DNA from: Escherichia coli
GTDB lineage: Bacteria; Pseudomonadota; Gammaproteobacteria; Enterobacterales; Enterobacteriaceae
NCBI RefSeq assembly: GCF_001677475.2
Contig: NZ_CP015229.1
DNA: 64,000 nt
Strand: one strand, 5' to 3'
Below the pieces are notes generated by a model, which made no database searches, was not told the DNA's origin, and saw only the letters and a list, made by a program, of their open reading frames with translations. Within the stretch, counting starts at the first letter, position 1; each line of letters begins with the position of its first letter. Both the position numbers and the translations under genes were made by a program. Shown one piece after another: positions 1-13,414 of this stretch.

Positions 1-208
1 CAGTCGAAAAGCCCGCGCCGCCGCGCCCTTTCAGACCAGCGTCTTTTACCTGATTAACGATTTCGTCCGGAGACAGCCCGGTCAGCGCCTTACGCGCGCC
101 TTCGTAACCGTTTTTGCTGCGATATTCGTCCAGCCACACTGGCTGTTTGTCATCGCGCAGACGCCAGGTCAGCGGATGCGTTTCGGGAGTACGGATAATG
201 TTTTTCAT
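1..208 (-). CDS. nuoF: NADH:quinone oxidoreductase subunit F, N-terminal part only (continues past window start)
   Basis: Reverse complement of 1-208 reads ATG AAA AAC ATT ATC CGT ACT CCC GAA ACG... ([32 protein letters not shown]); start at 206-208 overlaps nuoE stop (ATGA); nuo operon context. Confidence 0.85.
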   Translation of the reverse strand, partial: MKNIIRTPETHPLTWRLRDDKQPVWLDEYRSKNGYEGARKALTGLSPDEIVNQVKDAGLKGRGGAGFST

Positions 209-705
209 TTATACCGCTCCAGCAGTTCAGGGATCGCTTCCGGGGTCAGATGTGCGTGAGTATCCTCATCGATCATCATGTTTGGCCCTTTATCACAGTT
301 CCCCAGGCAGCAAGTTGGCAGCAGCGTAAAGCGACCGTCAAATGTCGTTTGTCCTGGTTTGATGTTCAGCTTTTTCTCGAGCGCCGCCTGAATACCCTGG
401 TAACCGTTGATATGACAGACCACGCTGTCGCAATAACGGATCACATGGCGGCCTACTGGCTGACGGAAGATCTGGCTATAAAACGTTGCCACGCCTTCGA
501 CATCGCTCGCCGGAATACCCAGCACATCGGCGATCGCGTGGATCGCGCCATCCGGCACCCAGCCACGCTGCTTCTGAACGATTTTCAGCGCTTCAATGGA
601 CGCCGCACGCGGGTCTTCGTAGTGGTGCATCTCGTGCTCAATCGCTTCACGCTCTGCCGCACTCAGCTCAAAAGCCTCGGTTTGTGGTTGTTGATTATCG
701 TGCAT
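205..705 (-). CDS. nuoE: NADH:quinone oxidoreductase subunit E (2Fe-2S)
   Basis: 166-aa ORF with Cys motifs ([17 protein letters not shown]) typical of NuoE; operon position between nuoF and nuoCD. Confidence 0.96.
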   Translation of the reverse strand: MHDNQQPQTEAFELSAAEREAIEHEMHHYEDPRAASIEALKIVQKQRGWVPDGAIHAIADVLGIPASDVEGVATFYSQIFRQPVGRHVIRYCDSVVCHINGYQGIQAALEKKLNIKPGQTTFDGRFTLLPTCCLGNCDKGPNMMIDEDTHAHLTPEAIPELLERYK

Positions 706-707
706 AA

Positions 708-2498
708 TTAGCGGTCCACATCTGACATAACAAAATCGATACTGCCCAGATAAACAATCAGGTCAGACACCAGGCTGCCGCGGATCGCCGCCGGAATTTG
801 CTGCAAATGCGCATAACTCGGCGTACGGATACGGGTGCGATAACTCATGGTGCTACCGTCGCTGGTCAGGTAGTAACTGTTGATCCCCTTGGTCGCCTCA
901 ATCATCTGGAAAGATTCATTGGCTGGCATCACCGGCCCCCACGACACTTGCAGGAAGTGGGTGATCAGGGTTTCGATATGTTGCAGCGTGCGCTCTTTCG
1001 GCGGCGGCGTAGTCAGCGGATGATCCGCTTTGAACGGGCCTTCCGGCATGTTGTTGAGGCACTGCTCAAGAATGCGCAGACTCTGGCGCAGCTCTTCCAC
1101 TTTCAGCATTACGCGGGTGTAGCAGTCAGAAACACCACCACCCACCGGGATTTCAAAGTCGAAGTTTTCATAGCCAGAATACGGACGCGCCTTACGCACG
1201 TCGAAGTCGATCCCGGTGGCTCGCAGGCCCGCGCCAGTGGTGCCCCACTCCAGTGCCTCTTTCGCGCCATAGGCGGCAACGCCCTGGGAACGACCTTTCA
1301 GAATGGTATTTTGCAGCGCCGCTTTCTCGTAAGACGCCAGACGTTTCGGCATCCAGTCGAGGAACTCACGCAGCAGGCGATCCCAGCCGCGCGGCAGGTC
1401 GTGCGCTACGCCGCCAATACGGAACCACGCCGGGTGCATACGAAAACCCGTGATTGCTTCCACCAGATCGTAAATTTTCTGACGATCGGTAAAGGCGAAG
1501 AACACTGGCGTCATCGCGCCGACGTCCTGAATAAAGGTGGAGATATACAGCAGATGGCTGTTGATGCGGAACAGCTCAGAAAGCATTACGCGAATGACGT
1601 TAACGCGATCCGGCACGGTGATCCCGGCCAGTTTCTCTACAGCCAGCACGTAAGGCATTTCGTTAACGCAGCCGCCGAGGTATTCGATACGGTCGGTATA
1701 CGGAATGTAGCTATGCCAGGACTGGCGCTCGCCCATTTTCTCCGCACCACGGTGGTGGTAGCCGATGTCTGGTACGCAGTCGACAATCTCTTCGCCATCG
1801 AGCTGCAAAACGATACGGAAAGCACCGTGCGCCGACGGGTGGTTCGGACCGAGGTTGAGGAACATGAAGTCCTCGTTTTCGGTGCCGCGCTTCATCCCCC
1901 ACTCTTCCGGTTTGAAGGTCAGGGCTTCCATTTCCAGATCCTGTTTGGCTTTGGTCAGCTCAAACGGCGAGAATTCGGTAGCGCGCGCCGGGTAATCTTT
2001 ACGCAGCGGATGACCTTTCCAGGTTTGCGGCATCATGATGCGGCGCAAATTAGGATGACCGTCGAAAGTAATGCCAAACAGATCCCAGGTTTCACGCTCA
2101 TACCAGTTAGCGTTCGGGAACAGTTTGGTGAAGGTCGGTACGTGCAGGTCGTTTTCTGCCAGCGCCACCTTCAGCATGATGTCGCGGTTACGATCGATAG
2201 AAATCAGATGGTAGAAAACGGAAAAATCCGCGGCAGGTAACCCTTCGCGGTGTGTGCGCAGACGTTCGTCCATGCCGTGTAAGTCAAACAGCATGACGTA
2301 AGGTTTCGGCAGTTTCTTTAAGAAATCGCCAACTTCCAGTAATTGTTCACGCTTGATCCACACAACGGGAACCCCGGTGCGAGTCGCCTGAACAGTAAAG
2401 GCATCCGGCCCAAAACGGTTGCGCAGTTCGCCAATCACCGGATCATCAAGATGATCGCGGGTCTGCCAGGCGGGTTCTTGCGCGGTTAAGTCGGTCAT
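708..2498 (-). CDS. nuoC: NADH:quinone oxidoreductase fused subunit C/D
   Basis: 600-aa ORF (708-2510) matching fused NuoCD; likely start is the second ATG (MTDLTAQEP) at 2496-2498, preceded by a GGTGA Shine-Dalgarno-like sequence. Confidence 0.93.
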
Positions 2499-2603
2499 AT
2501 TGTTCACCATTGCAAATGGTCCGTGGTGACTGTCGGCGCAGTAAGCTTCGCGAAATAGATTTAGGAATAAGCGAAGAAAAATCCCTTTGCCGACAGGCGC
2601 AAA

Positions 2604-3266
2604 TTAAATCTCGTCAGGTGTACGCAGGTTGGTTACGGCAATGCGTTCACCGCGCTTGCGTTCGCGCTCTGATTGCATATTGGCGCGATAAACGCCCTGA
2701 TCGCCAACCACCCAGGAGAGCGGACGACGTTCTTTGCCGATAGATTCCTGCAACAGCATCAGTGCCTGCATGTACGCTTCAGGACGCGGCGGGCAGCCCG
2801 GGATATACACATCAACCGGGATGAATTTATCGACGCCCTGCACAACGGAATAAATATCGTACATACCACCAGAGTTGGCACAGGCACCCATTGAGATAAC
2901 CCATTTTGGTTCCAGCATCTGGTCATACAGACGCTGAATAACCGGTGCCATTTTGGTAAAGCAGGTTCCTGCAACCACCATCAGGTCAGCCTGACGCGGC
3001 GAAGCACGCAATACTTCTGCGCCAAAACGCGCCACGTCATGCACCGCGGTAAACGAAGTCACCATCTCAACGTAACAGCAGGAAAGACCGAAGTTATACG
3101 GCCAAATTGAGTTTTTACGACCCCAGTTAACCATGTCATTGAGCTTGCCCATAAACACGTTTTTGTTAACTTCTTGCTCCAGAGGGTCGGTTACGATCTC
3201 CTGCTTTTGCAGGGGGTAACGGTCGTTCTCACCGTTGGGATCTATGCGGGTGAGCGTATAATCCAT
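2604..3266 (-). CDS. nuoB: NADH:quinone oxidoreductase subunit B (4Fe-4S N2)
   Basis: 220-aa ORF with CCxxE...GxCxxxGG...GCPP motif pattern of NuoB. Confidence 0.96.
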
Positions 3267-3281
3267 CTTAATGCCTCGCGG

Positions 3282-3725
3282 TTAGCGTTGACGATTAGCG
3301 ATACTGTTCGTTTCCGGGTTCATACGCTCGCGGCGTGAACGCGCGGGCGTCCAGTCCAGCGCGCCAATACGCACCAGATAAACCAGACCTGCCAGTAACA
3401 CAAAAATAAAAATTGCAGCTTCCACAAAGCCTACCCAGCCGCTTTCGCGGATAGAGGTTGACCATGCGAACAGATACAGTGCTTCAACGTCGAAGATAAC
3501 GAAGAACATGGCCACCAGATAAAACTTGGCGGACAGGCGTAAGCGGGCGGAGCCGACCGAGTCGATACCGGATTCAAACGGCACGTTTTTCGACCTCGCG
3601 CGTGCGCGACCGCCTAAAAACCAACCGCCTACCAGCATCAGGCAACACAGGCCAATGGCAACGATAAGAAAGATAGCGAATGCCCAGTGATGAGCGATGA
3701 CTTCAGTGGATGTTGACATACTCAT
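3282..3725 (-). CDS. nuoA: NADH:quinone oxidoreductase subunit A (membrane)
   Basis: 147-aa hydrophobic ORF, first gene of the nuo operon. Confidence 0.95.
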
Positions 3726-4355
3726 TGCTTACTCATCAAAAGTAGCGCCAGATTCACTGCTCTTCACGGCAGATGGACGCCACATCGATTCATGGGGAGG
3801 AATAAAAAAAACCTTACAATCACTGTAGAAATTCTTTTATACAGCTAATTGATGTGGTCTTTTACTCCTTTCTATAACCTTTTGTCAACTTTAACAAAAG
3901 TTTCTTCACATTAGTTTACATAATATCAACACCATTAGCATTTAATGCCCTTTCACCCCAGATCCTTGACGACTCCAGGATAATTAGATGTTGTTGAATC
4001 GTGTCCGTTGTGAAGCAATGGAAAAAATACGGGTCTATTTTGACAGGAATTTGTGTCGATTCCTCCCCCCAAAAGAGAGTATTTTCTTGATCTGTGACAC
4101 GCTTTTGTCATTCCATAACAAAAACGCAGCAACAAATTTACGTATTTTTTAACATCATTGTAGCAGGTGATTTTTTTCAGGCGATTATTTGTGCGTTCGG
4201 GACGTGAATCTCTGGCGATTGAAAAATGAACAGTTTTGTGCGTTCTGCACGATACGAGGAAGGCTTTTTACTAAAAAAAAAGCCGCTGGGGTTTAAAATC
4301 CCGCCAGCGGCTCGTTTTTACACTATTGTTCCAGGAATTATCTATCGTCCGTCGA
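3726..4355 (-). promoter_or_regulatory. nuo operon promoter/regulatory region (630-bp AT-rich spacer between nuoA and lrhA)
   Basis: Long AT-rich non-coding spacer immediately upstream of nuoA; the nuo promoter region is known to integrate several global regulators; individual sites not resolved by eye. Confidence 0.45.
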
Positions 4356-5297
<942 letters not shown>

Positions 5298-5727
5298 TTA
5301 TCACTTACTGGCGGCTCATACTGAGCTGGTTAATGCTGTGCACACACAAACAAGCAATTCCATTTGTAATGTGCCTCCCTGGCAGTTTCATCCGGAACCC
5401 GGACGAAAGTAAAAATGCATATGAGTTGCACTAAAAAAGCGACTCACATTGTTCCGTTATAATGCCTGAAGTAGATCACAGAATATATCTTCAGGGATCG
5501 CATATCTATTAAGTTACTCACTCTTTTCTATTTATGACATGCGCGTGTTTGTATAAATGTAAATGTGAGTCCTTGTTCCACTCTCGTGCAGCATCGCTGG
5601 TCATACGCGAACACGTACAAACAGCAATGGTGAGGCGGCATCAAGAGCAGGGATCCGTCATTTATCCAAGCATTTTACCCCAAAAACCTTTTATTTATAA
5701 GGGTCATTGCGAATTATCTGATGCAAA

Positions 5728-5756
5728 GTTATGTTATGTTATGTTATGTTATGTTA
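5728..5756. repeat. Pentanucleotide tandem repeat (ATGTT)x5 with flanking partial units
   Basis: gtt atgtt atgtt atgtt atgtt atgtt a read directly at 5728-5756, inside the 934-bp lrhA-alaA intergenic region. Confidence 0.9.
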
Positions 5757-6228
5757 GGCAAAGTAATCTCCTATTATTAATAAGCACAACAAAACCTTTT
5801 TGAATATTAAATAATAATTAATTAGCACCATCCTCATTCATTAATACTGCTTAACAATAGTTTCACACCTTCCCCCCATTGCGACACCTCGGAAATCATC
5901 ACGCTGTTAAACTCTCCGTAATGAGTAAATATCATCATCGCGATTCATTAGTGAATTCTTAAACGAGGCATTTTCACACAATTATCTCACAGATAAAAAA
6001 ACCACACTTACAATAAATAATCAGAATAATTCACTATATAACATTACTTATTAAGCATATACACCTCATTATTTTACCATTATTAAGTTATTAACAGCAC
6101 AATCGAGCCTTCCCCTCTGGCAAAATCTTATTCTGCAGACCTTCAAAACACCGTCCTGGGGGAGTACATTGTTCTAAGCTGACTTCCACGGCAGGGAGTG
6201 GCGATAACAGCAAAAAAGGTCAAGATTC

Positions 6229-7446
6229 ATGTCCCCCATTGAAAAATCCAGCAAATTAGAGAATGTCTGTTATGACATCCGTGGTCCGGTGCTGAAAGAA
6301 GCAAAACGCCTGGAAGAAGAAGGTAACAAGGTACTGAAACTGAACATCGGCAACCCAGCCCCGTTCGGTTTTGACGCGCCAGATGAAATCCTCGTTGACG
6401 TGATACGCAACCTGCCTACCGCTCAAGGGTATTGCGATTCCAAAGGTCTTTACTCCGCGCGTAAAGCCATCATGCAGCACTACCAGGCTCGTGGCATGCG
6501 TGATGTTACCGTGGAAGATATTTACATCGGCAATGGTGTATCGGAGCTTATCGTTCAGGCAATGCAGGCATTGCTGAACAGCGGGGACGAAATGTTGGTT
6601 CCTGCACCAGATTACCCACTATGGACCGCGGCGGTTTCGCTTTCCAGCGGTAAAGCGGTGCATTATCTTTGCGATGAATCCTCTGACTGGTTCCCGGACC
6701 TCGATGATATTCGCGCTAAAATTACGCCTCGTACGCGTGGAATCGTTATTATCAACCCAAATAACCCAACCGGCGCGGTATATTCCAAAGAGCTTTTAAT
6801 GGAGATTGTGGAGATTGCACGTCAGCATAATCTCATTATCTTCGCCGATGAAATTTATGACAAAATTCTCTACGACGACGCTGAGCATCACTCAATTGCG
6901 CCGCTGGCACCTGACCTGCTGACCATTACCTTTAACGGACTGTCGAAAACGTACCGCGTTGCAGGCTTCCGTCAGGGGTGGATGGTGTTGAACGGGCCGA
7001 AAAAACACGCCAAAGGCTACATCGAAGGTCTGGAAATGCTGGCTTCAATGCGCCTGTGTGCTAACGTTCCTGCGCAACACGCCATTCAGACCGCGCTGGG
7101 TGGTTATCAGAGCATCAGTGAATTTATTACCCCTGGCGGTCGTCTTTATGAGCAGCGTAACCGCGCGTGGGAATTGATCAACGATATTCCGGGCGTTTCC
7201 TGCGTGAAACCTCGTGGTGCGCTGTATATGTTCCCGAAAATCGACGCCAAACGCTTTAACATTCACGACGATCAGAAAATGGTGCTGGATTTCCTGTTGC
7301 AGGAAAAAGTTCTGTTGGTGCAAGGGACGGCATTCAACTGGCCGTGGCCGGATCACTTCCGCATTGTCACGCTACCGCGTGTCGATGATATCGAGCTGTC
7401 TTTGAGCAAGTTCGCGCGTTTCCTTTCTGGTTATCATCAGCTGTAA
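6229..7446 (+). CDS. alaA: Glutamate-pyruvate aminotransferase (class I PLP aminotransferase)
   Basis: 405-aa ORF with aminotransferase class I motifs (NPNNPTGAVY, SKTYRVAGFRQGW); former yfbQ position. Confidence 0.93.
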   Translation: MSPIEKSSKLENVCYDIRGPVLKEAKRLEEEGNKVLKLNIGNPAPFGFDAPDEILVDVIRNLPTAQGYCDSKGLYSARKAIMQHYQARGMRDVTVEDIYIGNGVSELIVQAMQALLNSGDEMLVPAPDYPLWTAAVSLSSGKAVHYLCDESSDWFPDLDDIRAKITPRTRGIVIINPNNPTGAVYSKELLMEIVEIARQHNLIIFADEIYDKILYDDAEHHSIAPLAPDLLTITFNGLSKTYRVAGFRQGWMVLNGPKKHAKGYIEGLEMLASMRLCANVPAQHAIQTALGGYQSISEFITPGGRLYEQRNRAWELINDIPGVSCVKPRGALYMFPKIDAKRFNIHDDQKMVLDFLLQEKVLLVQGTAFNWPWPDHFRIVTLPRVDDIELSLSKFARFLSGYHQL

Positions 7447-7455
7447 TCTTAATTT

Positions 7456-7482
7456 CACTGCCGGAGATTGCATCCGGCAGTG
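7456..7482 (+). terminator. Perfect 10-bp stem hairpin downstream of alaA (cactgccgga-gattgca-tccggcagtg)
   Basis: Inverted repeat read directly; lies 10 bp after alaA stop; weak T-tract so terminator function is tentative. Confidence 0.45.
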
Positions 7483-7529
7483 TTATCCCGCCACAATGAC
7501 CTGATGATGTCATCATACGTAAGGTCACT

Positions 7530-8129
7530 ATGAAACAGAGCCATTTTTTTGCCCATCTCTCCCGCCTGAAACTCATTAACCGCTGGCCGCTAATGCGCAA
7601 CGTGCGGACGGAAAATGTGTCCGAACACAGTTTGCAAGTAGCGATGGTCGCCCATGCGCTGGCAGCTATCAAAAATCGTAAATTTGGCGGTAATGTCAAC
7701 GCCGAACGTATCGCTTTACTGGCGATGTACCACGATGCTTCAGAAGTGCTCACCGGCGATCTCCCTACTCCGGTGAAATACTTCAATTCGCAAATCGCTC
7801 AGGAATACAAGGCTATTGAAAAAATCGCTCAGCAAAAACTGGTCGATATGGTTCCGGAAGAGCTGCGGGATATCTTTGCGCCGTTAATTGACGAGCATGC
7901 ATATAGCGATGAAGAAAAATCGCTGGTGAAACAGGCAGATGCACTGTGTGCATATCTGAAATGTCTGGAAGAACTCGCGGCCGGAAATAATGAATTCTTG
8001 CTGGCAAAAACGCGACTGGAAGCGACGCTTGAAGCGCGTCGCAGCCAGGAGATGGACTACTTCATGGAAGTATTTGTTCCCAGCTTCCATCTTTCGCTCG
8101 ATGAGATTAGCCAGGATTCACCGCTGTAA
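7530..8129 (+). CDS. yfbR: HD-domain 5'-deoxynucleotidase
   Basis: 199-aa ORF with HD motif ([14 protein letters not shown]...[15 protein letters not shown]). Confidence 0.92.
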
Positions 8130-8138
8130 GCAGCTGGA

Positions 8139-8183
8139 GTCTGCGTCGCATCAGGCAATAAGCGCCGGATGCGACATCAGGCT
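8139..8183. repeat. REP-like palindromic element between convergent yfbR and yfbS
   Basis: tctgcgtcgcatcaggc...gccggatgcgacatcaggc shares the GCCGGATGCG / CGCATCAGGC cores of E. coli REP sequences. Confidence 0.6.
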
Positions 8184-8187
8184 CTTG

Positions 8188-10020
8188 TCAAAACGGAAAC
8201 AGCATCGGGATCATCACCACACAAACTGCCATCACGATAATGGTGAACGGTACCCCCAACTTCACAAAGTCACTGAAGCTGTAATTTCCCGGACCTAAAA
8301 CCAGTGTATTAACAGGTGAAGAAACCGGTGTCATAAAGGCGGCAGATGCTGCCATCGCCACGACCATCGCGAATGGATAAGGCGACACACCCATCGTTTT
8401 GGCAGCAGCCAGCGCAATCGGAGCCATCAACACCGCCGTCGCGGTATTAGAGATAAATAGCCCAATAACCGCCGACAAGACAAACAAACACCCCAGCATC
8501 ATATGTGGCCCATAACCGCCGCCAATGTCCATCAGCCCTTTCACCGCCAGCGCGACACCTCCCGTTTTCTGTAATGCCACAGCAAACGGCATCATCCCAA
8601 CGATCAAAATAATGCTCGGCCAGTGAATGGATTTATAGGCGCTTTCAGCATCTATACAGCGGAATTTCCCCATCAGCAGGCAGGCGATGATAGCGGCAAC
8701 AGGATTAGGAATTTCATCTGTCAGCATTAACGCCACCATTAGCACCAGACAGAAAATGGCATGGGGTGCCTGGCTGTGCGCGGGCGATGCTTCACTCACC
8801 TCTTCCGGTAAGTTCAGCGCTACGAAGTCGCGGCCCTGTTTGGCCAGCATACCGATCAGTTTCCAGTTACCAACAACCAGGATGATATCGCCCAGCAGCA
8901 GAGGCTCATCCGCCAGCGAACCTTCCAGCGCCACGCCATTGCGCTTTAGCCCCACCACATTCAGTCCGTAGCGGGTACGAAAACCAATTTCGCGCACCGA
9001 TTTACCAATAAGTTCTGACTCAGGAATTAATGAAATCTCTGCCATGCCCACATCAAGGGCCTGGTCAGAAAAATACTCGCCGCGCAGTACCATCGGCTCC
9101 AGCAATTGCTCACTACAAAATTGCCGGAGATCGACATCAGCCGCAGACATATCAATAAGCAAAACGTCACGCGCGCGAAATTCAGAAACCCCATTAACGT
9201 TCACGATAACGCGACGAAAACGCCGCCAGCGTTCAACACCGATGACGTTAGCGCCATAACGCTCACGTAATTTGAGATCGTCCAGCCGTTGACCAATCAT
9301 TGGCGATCCGGGGCGAATAGCCAGACGTCGCGCACGCCCGGTCAGTCGATATTCACGGATAAGATCGCGAAAGGTTCGACGCGTCCAGCCTTCGCGCTGC
9401 GGGGTCTGGGTATCCCCTTTCAGCATGAAACGCATCACTAACATATACAAAATACCCAGCACCAGCACGACCAGGCCAATAGGTGTTACGCTAAAGAAAC
9501 TGAAGCCGTGATAGCCTTCACGCAGCAATTCACTGTTGACTACCAGGTTCGGCGGCGTCGCCACCAGCGTCATCATGCCGCTAATCAGCCCGGCAAAACT
9601 TAACGGCATCATCAGACGCGACGGCGAAGTTTGCATACGCATGGCAACGCTTAACACCACGGGAATAAAGATAGCGACAACGCCGGTTGAACTCATAAAC
9701 GCGCCAAGCCCCGCAACGGTCAGCATCAACAAAACCAACATTTTGATTTCACTGTTGCCCGCCACTTTGACCAGCCATGTTCCCATTACGGTGGCAACAC
9801 CGGTACGGACCAAACCATCGCCAATAATAAACAAGGCGGCAATCAGGACAACGTTAGGATCAGAAAAGCCGGAAAATACTTCGGGGACCGTCAGCGTTCC
9901 GCTTAATGCAAACGCGACAATAACAAACAAAGCGACCGCATCCATACGCACTCTGCCCGTCGCAAACAAGACGATGGCAACGGCCAGTAATGAAAGAACC
10001 CAAATCAATTCACCGTTCAC
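8188..10020 (-). CDS. yfbS: Putative anion transporter with two cytoplasmic TrkA-C domains
   Basis: 610-aa ORF with hydrophobic N- and C-terminal halves flanking a soluble central region; matches YfbS. Confidence 0.88.
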
Positions 10021-10063
10021 AACTTATCCTTGTTAATTGAGGGGGATGGACTTGATTCTGCCA

Positions 10064-10089
10064 TAAAAAAGCCCCGACGAGACGGGGCT
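10064..10089 (-). terminator. Rho-independent terminator downstream of hxpA/yfbT
   Basis: agccccg-acgaga-cggggct hairpin; on the minus strand it is followed by a U-run (plus-strand aaaaaa at 10065-10070). Confidence 0.6.
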
Positions 10090-10107
10090 AAATCATGATC
10101 AGGTGTT

Positions 10108-10758
10108 TCACTGAATAATAACATCGCCATTTGGCTGTTTGGTCACAGTAATTTGCTCCAGACTGTGGAGGACCAAATCGACCTCATTCAGGCGCGGGGT
10201 ATCTGCCGGAGCGTTAACCGCAATGACATGGCAACCCGCCGCCAGGCCAGAAAGCACGCCAGCGGGAGCATCTTCCACCACCACACACTCCTGCGGCGCA
10301 AGCCCCAGCAGCTGCGCGCCTAACAGATACGCATCAGGTTCTGGTTTTCCGCGCTTCACTCGCTCAGCGGTCACAAACACCTCTGGCGCGGGAAGCCCCG
10401 CTATTTTATGGCGCGCTCGCGCTACCGGCATGGAGCCAGAAGTCACAATGGCCCACGGAATACCTGCTTTATTCAAATGATTGAGTAAGGCGATTGCCCC
10501 GGGAAGCGCGGTAATACCCTCGGTTTCCGTGGCCTCGATTTGCTCCAGACGCGTAAACTCGGCGGCAATATCAGCCTCGGATTTGCCCGCCATAAAATGG
10601 CGCAGAGAGGTGATCGCCTGTTTACCGTGAATGAAAGCCAGCACCTCTTCCGGCGCTAACCCATGACGTCTGGCCCAGTTGCTCCACGCCCGCTCTACCG
10701 CAGGCAGGGAATCCACCAGCGTTCCATCAAGATCAAACAGAAAACCTTTGCACCGCAC
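10108..10758 (-). CDS. hxpA: HAD-superfamily hexitol/sugar phosphatase
   Basis: 216-aa ORF with HAD motif I (FLFDLDGTLVDS) and later HAD motifs; former yfbT. Confidence 0.9.
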   Translation of the reverse strand: MRCKGFLFDLDGTLVDSLPAVERAWSNWARRHGLAPEEVLAFIHGKQAITSLRHFMAGKSEADIAAEFTRLEQIEATETEGITALPGAIALLNHLNKAGIPWAIVTSGSMPVARARHKIAGLPAPEVFVTAERVKRGKPEPDAYLLGAQLLGLAPQECVVVEDAPAGVLSGLAAGCHVIAVNAPADTPRLNEVDLVLHSLEQITVTKQPNGDVIIQ

Positions 10759-10768
10759 GCGGGCCTCC

Positions 10769-11344
<576 letters not shown>

Positions 11345-11800
11345 TTACAAATCATCAAGGAAAGTTTTATCCAGTTGTTTGAAGGCACGCTTAAGCGTGT
11401 CAGCTAATGCCTGGTAATCAGGCTTGCCTTCAACGGGTGCCAACACCTGTCCAGACTCCTGCAATTTACCGCGAACTTCATAAAACCAGTTGAGGATAGC
11501 AGGGGGTAATGGCGTTACAGAACGCTTGCCCAGCCACCACAATCCCTGCATGGGTAAACTTAAGGCGAACAGCGCTGTGGCAACTGCTGGCCCAAGCTGA
11601 CCGCCCAGGGCAATCTGCCAGCAGAGAGTAAATACGGCGATCGGCGGCATAAAACGGATCGCATAACGCGTCATCTTGATAACGCGATTTTCGACAAAGA
11701 CCGGGGCAAGGCGTTTTTCCAGCGGCCACGTCTTTGAGTAATGCTGTCCCCGGCGAAACAAGCTAAAAAAATTAACAGAACGATTATCCGGCGTTGACAT
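11345..11800 (-). CDS. yfbV: UPF0208 inner-membrane protein YfbV
   Basis: 151-aa ORF with two predicted TM helices; divergent from ackA. Confidence 0.9.
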
Positions 11801-12137
11801 GCTTCACCTCAACTTCACATATAAAGATTCAAAAATTTGTGCAAATTCACAACTCAGCGGGACAACGTTCAAAACATTTTGTCTTCCATACCCACTATCA
11901 GGTATCCTTTAGCAGCCTGAAGGCCTAAGTAGTACATATTCATTGAGTCGTCAAATTCATATACATTATGCCATTGGCTGAAAATTACGCAAAATGGCAT
12001 AGACTCAAGATATTTCTTCCATCATGCAAAAAAAATTTGCAGTGCATGATGTTAATCATAAATGTCGGTGTCATCATGCGCTACGCTCTATGGCTCCCTG
12101 ACGTTTTTTTAGCCACGTATCAATTATAGGTACTTCC

Positions 12138-13340
12138 ATGTCGAGTAAGTTAGTACTGGTTCTGAACTGCGGTAGTTCTTCACTGAAATTTGCCATCATC
12201 GATGCAGTAAATGGTGAAGAGTACCTTTCTGGTTTAGCCGAATGTTTCCACCTGCCCGAAGCACGTATCAAATGGAAAATGGACGGCAATAAACAGGAAG
12301 CGGCTTTAGGTGCAGGCGCCGCTCACAGCGAAGCGCTCAACTTTATCGTTAATACTATTCTGGCACAAAAACCAGAACTGTCTGCGCAGCTGACTGCTAT
12401 CGGTCACCGTATCGTACACGGCGGCGAAAAGTATACCAGCTCCGTAGTGATCGATGAGTCTGTTATTCAGGGTATCAAAGATGCAGCTTCTTTTGCACCG
12501 CTGCACAACCCGGCTCACCTGATCGGTATCGAAGAAGCTCTGAAATCTTTCCCACAGCTGAAAGACAAAAACGTTGCTGTATTTGACACCGCGTTCCACC
12601 AGACTATGCCGGAAGAGTCTTACCTCTACGCCCTGCCGTACAACCTGTACAAAGAGCACGGCATCCGTCGTTACGGCGCGCACGGCACCAGCCACTTCTA
12701 TGTAACCCAGGAAGCGGCAAAAATGCTGAACAAACCGGTAGAAGAACTGAACATCATCACCTGCCACCTGGGCAACGGTGGTTCCGTTTCTGCTATCCGC
12801 AACGGTAAATGCGTTGACACCTCTATGGGCCTGACCCCGCTGGAAGGTCTGGTCATGGGTACCCGTTCTGGTGATATCGATCCGGCGATCATCTTCCACC
12901 TGCACGACACCCTGGGCATGAGCGTTGACGCAATCAACAAACTGCTGACCAAAGAGTCTGGCCTGCTGGGTCTGACCGAAGTGACCAGCGACTGCCGCTA
13001 TGTTGAAGACAACTACGCGACGAAAGAAGACGCGAAGCGCGCAATGGACGTTTACTGCCACCGCCTGGCGAAATACATCGGTGCCTACACTGCGCTGATG
13101 GATGGTCGTCTGGACGCTGTTGTATTCACCGGTGGTATCGGTGAAAATGCCGCGATGGTTCGTGAACTGTCTCTGGGCAAACTGGGCGTGCTGGGCTTTG
13201 AAGTTGATCATGAACGCAACCTGGCTGCACGTTTCGGCAAATCTGGTTTCATCAACAAAGAAGGTACCCGTCCTGCGGTGGTTATCCCAACCAACGAAGA
13301 ACTGGTTATCGCGCAAGACGCGAGCCGCCTGACTGCCTGA
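12138..13340 (+). CDS. ackA: Acetate kinase
   Basis: 400-aa ORF, N-terminus [20 protein letters not shown], acetate/propionate kinase signature. Confidence 0.97.
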   Translation: MSSKLVLVLNCGSSSLKFAIIDAVNGEEYLSGLAECFHLPEARIKWKMDGNKQEAALGAGAAHSEALNFIVNTILAQKPELSAQLTAIGHRIVHGGEKYTSSVVIDESVIQGIKDAASFAPLHNPAHLIGIEEALKSFPQLKDKNVAVFDTAFHQTMPEESYLYALPYNLYKEHGIRRYGAHGTSHFYVTQEAAKMLNKPVEELNIITCHLGNGGSVSAIRNGKCVDTSMGLTPLEGLVMGTRSGDIDPAIIFHLHDTLGMSVDAINKLLTKESGLLGLTEVTSDCRYVEDNYATKEDAKRAMDVYCHRLAKYIGAYTALMDGRLDAVVFTGGIGENAAMVRELSLGKLGVLGFEVDHERNLAARFGKSGFINKEGTRPAVVIPTNEELVIAQDASRLTA

Positions 13341-13344
13341 TTTC

Positions 13345-13368
13345 ACACCGCCAGCTCAGCTGGCGGTG
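13345..13368 (+). terminator. Perfect hairpin in ackA-pta spacer (caccgccagc-tca-gctggcggtg), probable partial terminator
   Basis: 10-bp perfect inverted repeat 5 nt after ackA stop, followed by ctgttttgt. Confidence 0.5.
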
Positions 13369-13414
13369 CTGTTTTGTAACCCGCCAAATCGGCGGTAACG
13401 AAAGAGGATAAACC

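Noticed and set aside
5534-5803. 89-codon ORF in the lrhA-alaA intergenic region, spanning the pentanucleotide repeat
   Set aside because: No Shine-Dalgarno, Cys/Leu-rich low-complexity translation, and it reads through the repeat; likely non-coding.
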